Counted from the first letter of the stretch, positions 1 to 8,353 are shown. The stretch: 18,759 nt of DNA from Candidatus Poribacteria bacterium (GCA_036339735.1 JAYZAL010000008.1:1-18759); one strand, 5' to 3'. Numbers and translations are program-made. The notes: generated by a model from the sequence alone, not told the origin.

Positions 1-2
1 AA

Positions 3-332
3 AACGCAGATGCTCTCTCTCACGGAGAAAGTTTCATGAATCTATTTCAACAGCGTATAACTCCGAGAGGTCTCTATCTAGTTGATGAACCTGAGGCGGC
101 TCTATCACCATTACGACAGTTGGGTTTGCTATCTCTCCTTAAGGAAGCGGTAGAGGAGGATTGTCAGTTCATAATTGCAACCCATTCACCAATCTTGATG
201 GCATTTCCAGAGGCGAGCATCTTGAACTTTGATAACCTGCCTGTTGCAGAGACTGAGTATCATGAACTTGAACACGTCAAATTGACAAGAGATTTTCTGA
301 ACAATCCAGAGGCTTTTTTAAGACATTTGTGA
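3..332 (+). CDS. C-terminal part of an ABC/AAA-family predicted ATPase (COG3910-like), 5'-truncated by the window edge
   Basis: Frame is open from base 3 ([15 protein letters not shown]...). It has the signature variant SHGESF, Walker B/D-loop [13 protein letters not shown] and H-loop IIATHSPIL. Ends TGA at 330-332. Confidence 0.9.
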   Translation, partial: NADALSHGESFMNLFQQRITPRGLYLVDEPEAALSPLRQLGLLSLLKEAVEEDCQFIIATHSPILMAFPEASILNFDNLPVAETEYHELEHVKLTRDFLNNPEAFLRHL

Positions 333-346
333 TAGATATTCTTACC

Positions 347-366
347 TTTCGCGTTATCTCGCGAAA
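347..366 (+). terminator. Short hairpin after the ATPase stop, possible terminator
   Basis: TTTCGCG-ttatct-CGCGAAA, a 7-bp perfect stem 14 nt after the stop. No good U-tract on the + strand. Confidence 0.3.
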
Positions 367-485
367 ATAATGTGAATTAATTTCGCTCAAATGCCTATTC
401 ACTACTGTATTCGTGTAACTCTATAGAAATCGACCAACTCTTTTTGCACAGTTGCATTTAAACCCCGATTTTGGGGAGCTGATTT

Positions 486-720
486 GTCATTTTGAAACGG
501 TGCAGAACTTTGGTTCCAGCGCTGACCAGTCTAAGTCTTAAATGACTACGTTATGGATGAATATTATAGGCACCGTCGAATGATTCACCAGTTCGACGCT
601 CTGCGGTACTGAATTAAACAGGCATATTGGGTATCAAGCCAGTGTTTAGTACTCGAAACCATCCAATAACTTTGACGAGGTAACCATTGCCTGACTGACT
701 TCGGTTAGTCAGCGATTAGT
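486..720 (+). ncRNA. omegaRNA (HEARO-like) scaffold of an IscB/IsrB OMEGA element; 5' boundary uncertain (about 455-500)
   Basis: Ordered HEARO-like motifs: TGACCAG-tCTAAG...GACTACGTT...ATAGGCACC...CCAGTT...CTCTGCG...TTAAACAG...CAGTG...AAACC...ATAAC-TTTGACGAGG. Stems: 534-537/544-547, 550-559/660-670, 574-580/592-598, 606-614/644-652, 621-623/638-640, plus a c(UUCG)g hairpin at 691-712. Lies directly upstream of an iscB-like start codon. Confidence 0.85.
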
Positions 721-738
721 GGGAAACCGCATTTATTT

Positions 739-1212
739 ATGAAAGTATTTGTCATCGACACTAACAAACAACCCTTATTCCCTTGCTCGGCTGGCAAGGC
801 TCGTCGTTTACTGCCTACTGGTAAGGCTTCGGTTTATCGTCGTTACCCTTTCACTATCATTCTTCATCTTCAGGTGTAAGATGCCAACCCACAACCCTTA
901 CGTTTCAAGGTCGACCCTGATTTCAGAACATCAGGCTTGGCTTTAGTCAATGATCAGACTGGTCAAATCCTATGGGCGGCTGAATTATCGCATCGAGGCT
1001 GTCTGATTAAGGATGCGTTAGAAAGTAGACTTAGTCTGAGAAGAGGACGACGAAGTCGAAAGACTCGTTATTGACCACCCCGATTTAATAACCGAACCCA
1101 ACCCAAAGGCTGGTTACCACCTTCCTTAATGAGTCGCTTATACAACATTGAAACTTGGTACCAACGTTTGGCCCAGCAATGTTTTATCAATAGTTTTACA
1201 AATAAAGGATAG
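739..1212 (+). pseudogene. iscB: Pseudogenised, 3'-truncated IscB/IsrB-family RNA-guided nuclease (PLMP/RRXRR region, RuvC-I, bridge helix)
   Basis: Manual translation from ATG 739: MKVFVIDTNKQPLFPCSAGKARRLLPTGKASVYRRYPFTIILHLQV*DANPQPLRFKVDPDFRTSGLALVNDQTGQILWAAELSHRGCLIKDALESRLSLRRGRRSRKTRY*PPRFNNRTQPKGWLPPSLMSRLYNIETWYQRL... This shows PLMP-like PLFP, YPFTIIL, RuvC-I KVDP..TSGLAL, RRGRRSRKTRY and GWLPPSL. In-frame stops are TAA 877-879 and TGA 1072-1074. Homology ends near 1170-1195, before RuvC-II/HNH. Confidence 0.9.
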
Positions 1213-1318
1213 AAAAAATCGCTAGTTTTGGCAGACTAAATCTCTTTGGATCTTGGCCTACGAGTGTATGCCTAAGATTTAAAATCCCTATTCCTTAGAC
1301 ACAGGTATATTGATCTGG

Positions 1319-1347
1319 TTGACAACCATCAAGTTTTGCCCTAGGAT
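1319..1347 (+). promoter_or_regulatory. Putative sigma70 promoter
   Basis: TTGACA (1319-1324), 17-nt spacer, TAGGAT (1342-1347). Confidence 0.45.
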
Positions 1348-1409
1348 AATCGCTCTACTCCCGAAAACTAGAATTGAATTGACAAGTAATTCCAAATAGT
1401 TTTTGTTTT

Positions 1410-1754
1410 TTCCTTTACAATCAAGAGAAGTTAAAGAAAATAAAGTCTCGGTTATGAAAGAATGTTGGTGAGATATGTAGGAGTAGATTCAATTCCCTGA
1501 GCTCATCAAATGATGATTAGTTAGATAATACTCTTAATCGTGTAACTGTCAACCGTAAGAATTACTAGAATTATAATATTCCCTACATATTGAACGCTGA
1601 TGAACTAAAGTCCATAAAGAGGTAAAAACAATCGTTATCCTGACCTGTTTGATGAAAAATCATAGACCTTTCGCTACAGAGGGAAGAACATGAATCAATT
1701 TCTTGGACCATGAAGCAGAATATTGAGAGTAATAATCTCTTCGACGATGAATGA
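1410..1754 (+). pseudogene. Heavily decayed NUDIX/MutT-like hydrolase remnant (tentative)
   Basis: Fragments in NUDIX order across frames: IKRS, then CW*DM, then IQFPELIK**LVR*YS*SCN (eroded Nudix box, with TAA where Glu GAA is expected), then KTIVILTC, then IDLSLQREEHESISW...NLFDDE* (typical L..EEH....W C-terminal motif). Many stops and at least one frameshift. Confidence 0.4.
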
Positions 1755-1786
1755 GACATTTAATTTAAACATTAGGCACAACATTA

Positions 1787-4063
1787 ATGATGGAAACTAT
1801 AACTTCAAAACATACCTTACAGGCTGTTCCTGTTACACAAGTTCAATTTACAGACCAATTCTGGACTTCAAAAATCGAAATAAACAGAACCAAGACCTTA
1901 GCCCAATGCTTTCGACAGTGTGAAGAAACTAACAGAATCCGTAACTTTGAGGTTGCAGGTGGATTAAACACAGGGGATTTCGATGGTATCTTCTTCAACG
2001 ATTCTGATGTCTACAAAGTGGTGGAAGGTGCCGCTCACATTTTGGCCTCCAATCGTGACCCAGCTATCGAAACACAGCTCGATCAATGGATCGCCAAATT
2101 TGCAGCCGCACAACAAGCTGATGGATATCTGAATACATACTACACTTTAGTTGAACCGGATAAACGCTGGACTGATTTACCGGTTATGCATGAGCTTTAT
2201 TGTGCTGGCCACCTGTTCGAGGCAGCTGTAGCACATTACCGTTCGACTGGTAAATGTTCTCTGCTTGATATTGCGACCAAGTTCGCTGACTATATTGATA
2301 GCGTTTTTGGGCCAGGTGGAAAGTCTGGTACTCCCGGCCACCAAGAAATTGAATTGGCTTTGGTTAAGCTGTACGAAGTAACGGACGAAAAGCGGTATTT
2401 GGATTTGGCCGCCTTCTTTATCGATCAGCGAGGTCAATCTGGATCTGACTATTCTCAGGATCATGTACCTGTTCGTCAGCAAAGTGAGATTGTGGGGCAT
2501 GCAGTACGGGCTATGTATCTTTATGCTGGAGTAGCAGATGTTGCGCGTTATACTGGGGACGAAGACTTGTTTGCTTGCATGGATCGGATCTGGAAAGATG
2601 TAACATTACGCAAGATGTACATTACCGGTGGGATTGGACCCTCTGGCCACAATGAAGGTTTCACTGTCCCTTACGATCTACCGAACGAAACCGCTTACGC
2701 CGAAACCTGTGCTGCTATTGGAATGGTTTTGTGGAGCCATCGTATGTTCCTCTTACACGGACGGTCAGAATACATTGATGTTTTGGAACAATCCCTTTAC
2801 AACGGTCTATTGTCGGGTGTTTCGCTGGACGGTGATAACTTCTTTTATACGAATCCTCTATCCAGTCACGGTCAACATCACCGGCAACCTTGGTTTGGTT
2901 GCGCTTGTTGTCCAACTAACGTAGTTCGGTTTATTCCACAGGTAGGTGGTTATTTCTATGCTAGCACTGCCAGTAGTTTGTGGGTCAATCTTTATGCTAG
3001 TAATCAGGCTACTGTCTCTATGGGTGAACAAATGGTTAACATCCATCAAGAGAGCAATTATCCGTGGCAAGGATGGACAAAATTAACCCTAGAGCCTGAC
3101 AAAACTAATGACTTTCAGCTTTGTCTCCGACAACCTAACTGGGCTAAACAGGTTGGTCTAAAGCTCAACGGACAAATACTTCAGATCACGTCTAACTCAA
3201 ACGGTTACTTGGAAATTACCAGAGCTTGGCGGGCTGGAGATGTGGTTGAAGTCAATTTTGATATGTCAGTAGAGCGAATCATTGCTAACCCACAAGCCAA
3301 AGCTAATAATGGCAGGCTGTCCCTACGCCGAGGACCATTGGTATACTGTTTGGAGGCGACTGACAACGATGGGTCGGTACGAGATATAGCCTTACCCAGA
3401 AATAGCCCATTGAAAGCTAAATTTGAGCCAAATCTGTTAGATGGGGTTGTAGTTCTCCAAGGTCCGGCTAACCGTCGTATAGCCGCAGATTGGGGAACAG
3501 AACTGTATAAAACTGTCAGTCTTGATCAGGAGACCCAAATTACTGCTATCCCCTACTTTGCCTGGGATAATCGAGAATCCGGCCAAATGACGGTTTGGCT
3601 ACCAGAAAGTACGATTCTGACTGAGCCTAAGTTACAGCCTAGTATCGCTAGTCAAGGCCGACCATCAGCTTCTCACGTTTTTGGACAGTTATCAGCAGCT
3701 ATTGATGGTATTTTACCAGCTAGCTCTGCTGATCAAACTCACCCTAAGTTTACCTGGTGGGATAAAAAAGGAACCCAAGAGTGGATTTGTTTGACTTTCA
3801 ACGAACCGGTGCAAATTTCAGAATCTGCGGTTTATTGGTTTGATGATACTGGATTTGGTGAATGCCGTCCACCAGAATCATGGTGGTTGGAGTGGGACAA
3901 CGGCGGTCAATGGCAACCAGTTAAAAACCCATCTAAATATGGCCTTCAGTTAGATGGGTTTAATTCCGTCACCTTTGATCCAGTTACTACTCAACAGCTA
4001 AGAATTGTAGTTGAACTACAAGATAATCTATCCAGCGGGTTGCTAGAATGGCTATTAAACTAA
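1787..4063 (+). CDS. Glycoside hydrolase family 127 (beta-L-arabinofuranosidase HypBA1-like cysteine glycosidase) with a C-terminal discoidin/F5-8-like beta-sandwich
   Basis: GH127 motifs FNDSDVYKVVE, HELYCAGH, GHQEIELAL, GHAVRAMY, NEGF, YAETCA, FYTNPL, WFGCACCPTN, RGPLVYCLE, IPYFAWDNR. The last ~140 aa (AAIDG...WICLTF...VYWFDD...FDPVTTQQLRI) look discoidin-like. No signal peptide evident. Start may be 1790. Confidence 0.93.
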   Translation: MMETITSKHTLQAVPVTQVQFTDQFWTSKIEINRTKTLAQCFRQCEETNRIRNFEVAGGLNTGDFDGIFFNDSDVYKVVEGAAHILASNRDPAIETQLDQWIAKFAAAQQADGYLNTYYTLVEPDKRWTDLPVMHELYCAGHLFEAAVAHYRSTGKCSLLDIATKFADYIDSVFGPGGKSGTPGHQEIELALVKLYEVTDEKRYLDLAAFFIDQRGQSGSDYSQDHVPVRQQSEIVGHAVRAMYLYAGVADVARYTGDEDLFACMDRIWKDVTLRKMYITGGIGPSGHNEGFTVPYDLPNETAYAETCAAIGMVLWSHRMFLLHGRSEYIDVLEQSLYNGLLSGVSLDGDNFFYTNPLSSHGQHHRQPWFGCACCPTNVVRFIPQVGGYFYASTASSLWVNLYASNQATVSMGEQMVNIHQESNYPWQGWTKLTLEPDKTNDFQLCLRQPNWAKQVGLKLNGQILQITSNSNGYLEITRAWRAGDVVEVNFDMSVERIIANPQAKANNGRLSLRRGPLVYCLEATDNDGSVRDIALPRNSPLKAKFEPNLLDGVVVLQGPANRRIAADWGTELYKTVSLDQETQITAIPYFAWDNRESGQMTVWLPESTILTEPKLQPSIASQGRPSASHVFGQLSAAIDGILPASSADQTHPKFTWWDKKGTQEWICLTFNEPVQISESAVYWFDDTGFGECRPPESWWLEWDNGGQWQPVKNPSKYGLQLDGFNSVTFDPVTTQQLRIVVELQDNLSSGLLEWLLN

Positions 4064-4501
4064 AAGTCATTAAGAAATCCTGAAAAATGAATCCAGAAAG
4101 GTTAATGATGCAAACTTCGATATCCTATCATCAAAGATGTCAAACCATAGTTTGGCTTTTGTTCGAAAGTTTACTGTAGTTGGAGCAGTGCTTGAATTCA
4201 GGCATAGGGTCGATCAGATGCTAACTGCGGTATTGATCGCGATCTGTTCGCCAAATGGCCGCTGCCATAAAAGAGGACACTGTAGTATCTTATCCTTCTT
4301 TTGATCAGGGTAGAGGTAACACAGAAACTGGTGGGAATGAAATTAGCAACCCAAAGAGTAAAGTTGGTTAATAATAGTGTTAAAAACAAATCTGCAAAGG
4401 TGAATTTATTACGGTGAGTCCTCAACTACATTAATAATTATAAAACCCACAAGCTTATTGGGATTACGCTAACATAGTAGTCCAATTAAGATATCTATCA
4501 A

Positions 4502-5284
4502 TCAGAATTCTGCAGGTGGCCTACGAGGTGGCAGAGGTTGTACTATCTGGCGTCTTTCTCTTGTTAATCTAGAAATTAGATCTGGAGAAGGCTGAAAACC
4601 ATAACGATCGTTCCCCCAATGGGGGCCATAGCGGATAATGAGTATTCGTCTTTGGCCTTGATTAACTCGACGAGCTGAACCATGCGCTAGGCAATCAACA
4701 AAACAGGCTGCGTCGCCAGCTTTCAGTTGGACTTCCACTGCTGCTGGTACTCCATCCAAAGAAGGTGCTTTCTCTTTTAGTGATGGGTGGAGAAGGTTAG
4801 ATTTATGGCTACCTGGTACAATCATCGTTGCTCCATCCCCTGGTCCCACATCATTTAAAGCCAGCAGAATATTTACCTGTCCGCAGCGGAACTGACCATT
4901 ATGATACCGGAACTGGGTTCGAATTCGGCGTTTACTGGCTCCAGAGTGTATCCGAGTGGATTGGCCATGGCCACGGATATCAGCAAATGACTCATCAATG
5001 AATAATCCATCATCTCCGCCAACGAAACAATTGATATGTGGTAACCAAGAAGGATGATCGATTAATCTTTCAAAAGGGGTACCCATTTCAAATATATTGT
5101 GCAAATGATAAGTTTCACCCCGTCCGGGATGGCGATAAACCCAGCCTCGCCAATGTCCAGGTTCTAGATCCAGATATGAGTCCAGTGTGTGATTAAGTTC
5201 TGACAGATGATTTCTGTCGATAGCTTCAGGAAGACAAACATATCCTCGAAGATCGAAGAGATACTGTTCTAATGTCGTTGGCAC
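4502..5284 (-). CDS. PhyH-family Fe(II)/2-oxoglutarate oxygenase with atypical H-S-G iron motif
   Basis: YLFDLRGYV start, LIDHP, LALNDVGPGDGATMIVPGSHKSN, KAGDAACF..LAHGS, RRILIIRY. First ligand motif is H113-S-G115, distal His is H201. GTG start preceded by AAGGA. Confidence 0.88.
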   Translation of the reverse strand: MPTTLEQYLFDLRGYVCLPEAIDRNHLSELNHTLDSYLDLEPGHWRGWVYRHPGRGETYHLHNIFEMGTPFERLIDHPSWLPHINCFVGGDDGLFIDESFADIRGHGQSTRIHSGASKRRIRTQFRYHNGQFRCGQVNILLALNDVGPGDGATMIVPGSHKSNLLHPSLKEKAPSLDGVPAAVEVQLKAGDAACFVDCLAHGSARRVNQGQRRILIIRYGPHWGNDRYGFQPSPDLISRLTRERRQIVQPLPPRRPPAEF

Positions 5285-5432
5285 GTATTAGTTTCCTTGT
5301 TCGCCTAATTAAATTTGATAATTCGTAAATAGAATAGCACTTTCAAGAAAGATAGTAGAAAATTTTTTCACAGATCGGAATATAAGAAAGAATAAAGAAT
5401 AGAAGGAAATAATGCTTCATCTGATTATCATA

Positions 5433-6623
5433 TCAATCAAAGAAGGATTGATCTTCTTCCTTCAAAAAGGGCTTGGTTAATTCTGGAATCAAATTTATTC
5501 CCATACCAGGTCGATCCCAAACTTCAATAAATCCGTCTTTCACAATTGGGTTTGGTAACCCTTCTACGATGTCATACCACCATTCTGGCTGGCCTATCGG
5601 ATATTCGAATGCGATATAATTTTGTGGTAATGTGGCACAAACCTGAACTAGAGCAGCTAAACCAAGCAATCCATTACCGATTCCATGAGGAGCCATCAAG
5701 ATTCCGTGCAAATCTGCATATTCGGCTACCCATTTCAACTCTGAGATACCACCAACATCGCAAGGATCCGGACCAATAACGTTAACCGCTTTTCTTTCAA
5801 GTAAATCTTTGAAATTTTGGCGCAAGTAAATTTGTTCACCTGTATGAATTGGAGTTGATGTTGACCGAGTTACTTCCCTATAGGAATCGGGGTCTACCCA
5901 TGGAACGTAATCTCCCGTCAGCATATCTTCCAACCACATCAAATTCAAATGCTCGACTGATTGCGCTAGCCGAATCGCATCGGGGACGGTAAATCCAGGG
6001 CCACAATCAAGTGCTAGTCCAACCTCATCACCTAATACTTCTTTCATCGCCTCGATACAATCGATTAAGTGTTTCATTCCTGACTCGGTTATTAATCCCC
6101 GATTCAATCGGTGTCCTTCAGGTAAGGATTCGCCGTAATAAAAATTAGGTATTTGTTGTGCCATAGGCGAATGAAAAGCAACGCCCTGTTTGATAATGGT
6201 AAACCCTTCCGGAGAAGACTTCATCAATGCCATATTATCCGCATGGTGTTTGGGCTCACCTCCCTTTGACGGGAAGCGAATCCCACCATTATAGACTCTG
6301 ACTAGATCGCGGACTTTGCCACCTAGTAGTTTATAAACAGGTAGATTAGCTGCTTTGCCCGCAAGATCCCATAGTGCCATCTCTATGGCACTAACGGCAC
6401 TCCCCCATGGTTTGAAACTCCCCATTCGACGGATTTGCATCATGACCCGCTCAACGTTCGTCGGATCTTGACCTATAATATGATCCTTATAAAAAATTAC
6501 ATGAGGCTTCAGGTAGGTCTTGAATGATTCGATTTGTCCAAACCCATCAATACCCTCATCTGTCACTATTCTTACTACTGGACTGTTTCCGATAACTGCA
6601 CATTTTAAATCTGTAATTTTCAT
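5433..6623 (-). CDS. Mandelate racemase/muconate lactonizing enzyme (enolase superfamily) protein, probably an acid-sugar dehydratase-like enzyme
   Basis: MKITDLK, VRIVTDEGIDGFG, SAIEMALWDLAGKA..LPVYKLLGGKVRD. Metal ligands in LALDCG, WLED and TGEQ. Also GPD, APH and FEY, and C-terminal PGMGI. Confidence 0.93.
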   Translation of the reverse strand: MKITDLKCAVIGNSPVVRIVTDEGIDGFGQIESFKTYLKPHVIFYKDHIIGQDPTNVERVMMQIRRMGSFKPWGSAVSAIEMALWDLAGKAANLPVYKLLGGKVRDLVRVYNGGIRFPSKGGEPKHHADNMALMKSSPEGFTIIKQGVAFHSPMAQQIPNFYYGESLPEGHRLNRGLITESGMKHLIDCIEAMKEVLGDEVGLALDCGPGFTVPDAIRLAQSVEHLNLMWLEDMLTGDYVPWVDPDSYREVTRSTSTPIHTGEQIYLRQNFKDLLERKAVNVIGPDPCDVGGISELKWVAEYADLHGILMAPHGIGNGLLGLAALVQVCATLPQNYIAFEYPIGQPEWWYDIVEGLPNPIVKDGFIEVWDRPGMGINLIPELTKPFLKEEDQSFFD

Positions 6624-6724
6624 TTATTTCTCACCAACAGGCGTTGTAGGTTTATCACAGGATTATTTGGGTATCATTAAATTTTAATTGTATTATAATG
6701 CATAAGGTGGATTGATTGTGATGG

Positions 6725-6752
6725 ATATTATGCTTCAGGTTGACTCAGTCAA
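6725..6752 (-). promoter_or_regulatory. Putative sigma70 promoter for the enolase-family gene; the -35 is half of the palindrome TTGACT-C-AGTCAA (6740-6752)
   Basis: Minus strand TTGACT (6752-6747), 16-nt spacer, TAATAT (6730-6725), in the divergent intergenic region. Confidence 0.3.
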
Positions 6753-6951
6753 TATGATTATGGCGTAAACACAGTACTTTATTATTGATTGTCTTACTAT
6801 CCGTTTATAGATCTCAAGATCATGCGGATACTCATCTATAGTCAAGTTTCTATATCCATTACTTCATTTCGAAAACCAGTTTGTATAACTTAATATTACA
6901 TGTTGGACCAGATCTAGACACACTTGAGTTAAAGAATAAGGAGAAAAACCG

Positions 6952-7854
6952 ATGGCAATGGTACAAATGAACCGCCTAGAACCATTACAAGACGCAACTA
7001 ATCTACTTGATCAACCAACAGATATACAACGGCAAGCATCAAAAGACGGTTATTTATTTTTTTCAGATCTACTAGATTCAACTAAAGTGTTTAACCTTCG
7101 ACATAAAATTATGTCTATTTGTGAGAAACATGGCTGGACCCAGTGTGGCACAAATTACATCGAGGGGCTAGCTAACCCTGATTTATTGGTAGTAGAACAT
7201 GAGGATCCTAGATGGAAAGATTTCTATGTAGAGGTACAGAGATTGCCAGAGTTCCACCAATTGGCTCTCGATGAAAATATTATTCGAGTTTTTGAAATCT
7301 TGTTCGGCGAAAAAGTTCTTCCCCACAGCCGAAATATATGTCGCTTGGTTTTTCCAAATTCTTCCTCTCATTCAACTCCACCCCATCAAGACAATTTGTA
7401 TATTGGTGGATCAACTGAAACGTGGACCGCGTGGATACCTTGCGGAGACTGCCCTGAAATGCTGGGAGGCTTAGCAGTAGCCAAGGGGTCACACCGCCAA
7501 GGCAAATTAGCCGATAAAAGAGCCGTTGGCCCAGGAGGTCGACAAGTAGAAGTCTCAGATGATCAAATATGGGTGGGTGGAGATTATATTTGTGGGGATG
7601 TGATGATCCTACATAGCTTAACCGTACATCAGGGATGCGACAACTTGAGTGGTAATAAACTTAGAGTTTCTTGTGATTTCCGATATCAACCACGAAGCCA
7701 CCCCATACGTTCGGACTCTTTAATGTCCCACATGTGCTTGTTAAACTGGGAACAGATTTACCAAGATTGGGAACCTAATAATCCAGCCAAATATTATTGG
7801 AAAGACTGGGATTTAGAAATTACAGGCGAAAGCTATCCCACATGGGATGACTAA
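6952..7854 (+). CDS. PhyH-family Fe(II)/2OG dioxygenase
   Basis: DGYLFF, TPPHQD, WTAWIPCGDCP..LGGLAVAKGSH, GDVMILHSLTVH, RVSCDFRYQP. RBS AAGGAG at 6938-6943. Confidence 0.92.
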   Translation: MAMVQMNRLEPLQDATNLLDQPTDIQRQASKDGYLFFSDLLDSTKVFNLRHKIMSICEKHGWTQCGTNYIEGLANPDLLVVEHEDPRWKDFYVEVQRLPEFHQLALDENIIRVFEILFGEKVLPHSRNICRLVFPNSSSHSTPPHQDNLYIGGSTETWTAWIPCGDCPEMLGGLAVAKGSHRQGKLADKRAVGPGGRQVEVSDDQIWVGGDYICGDVMILHSLTVHQGCDNLSGNKLRVSCDFRYQPRSHPIRSDSLMSHMCLLNWEQIYQDWEPNNPAKYYWKDWDLEITGESYPTWDD

Positions 7855-7874
7855 ATTGGGGACGGATTTGCCGG

Positions 7875-7913
7875 GATTGGAAACCTTATCAGTTTAGGAT
7901 AAGATTTCCAATC
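7875..7913. terminator. Long hairpin downstream of the PhyH gene (terminator or 3' stabiliser)
   Basis: GATTGGAAA-c-CTTATC, 7-nt loop, GATAAG-a-TTTCCAATC: 15 of 16 pairs, 20 nt after the stop. Confidence 0.5.
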
Positions 7914-7924
7914 GATTCTATCAA

Positions 7925-8210
7925 ATTGATACATCGTTAAATTGAACAGCTCGCAAATTTATGTGTGACAGTAGATTTTTCCAGTTGAAACTTGACAAAC
8001 TTTTATCATAGAACGCGCTATTCCTGACATTCGCCAAACTGACGGAAGCAATTAAATGTTCGTGATGATACATTCGGCGAACGCTTTACTACCAATAGTC
8101 TCCACGCTATCAGGTAAAGTGTAATGGTCAGACTGGTGTAATCATAGAAGACTAAAAGCACAATCTATGATTCGGTAAATACGGTAAAAAACCTCTGCAG
8201 TTTCTTACTC
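7925..8210 (-). pseudogene. Decayed BspA-type (LRR_5) leucine-rich-repeat protein fragment
   Basis: Minus-strand pieces: ETAEVFYRIYRIIDCAF, FYDYTSLTITL (8149-8117), LPDSVETIGSKAFAECIITNI* (from 8117), SVSLANVRNSAFYDKSLSSFNWKNLLSHINLRAV. These match the BspA consensus AFxxCxsLtsItLPdsVtxIGxxAF, broken by frameshifts and stops. Confidence 0.7.
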
Positions 8211-8353
8211 TCGTTGATTGGATGTCTAACTCCCATTGAAAATATCGGAAATAATTCTACTAAAATGATGGCGAATACTCCCGGTCTAGTGTCGTTTTGG
8301 AATTTTGTTGTGATTTTAACTGTCTTTTTTTGAAATAATGGAGGAGTATCAGT

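Noticed and set aside
749-946. 65-aa ORF in the track
   Set aside because: Off-frame shadow of the iscB pseudogene, whose real frame starts at 739.
1072-1074. In-frame TGA codons in iscB and in the PhyH at 15664 as possible recoding (Trp, Gly or Sec)
   Set aside because: Intact genes here end in TGA (332, 4502, 5433, 16073). Both sites are expected Arg (CGA) positions and both genes carry other lesions.
4198-4425. 75-aa minus-strand ORF in the spacer after GH127
   Set aside because: TTG start, no RBS and no recognisable motif in the frames I translated. Possibly an old relic but unsupported.
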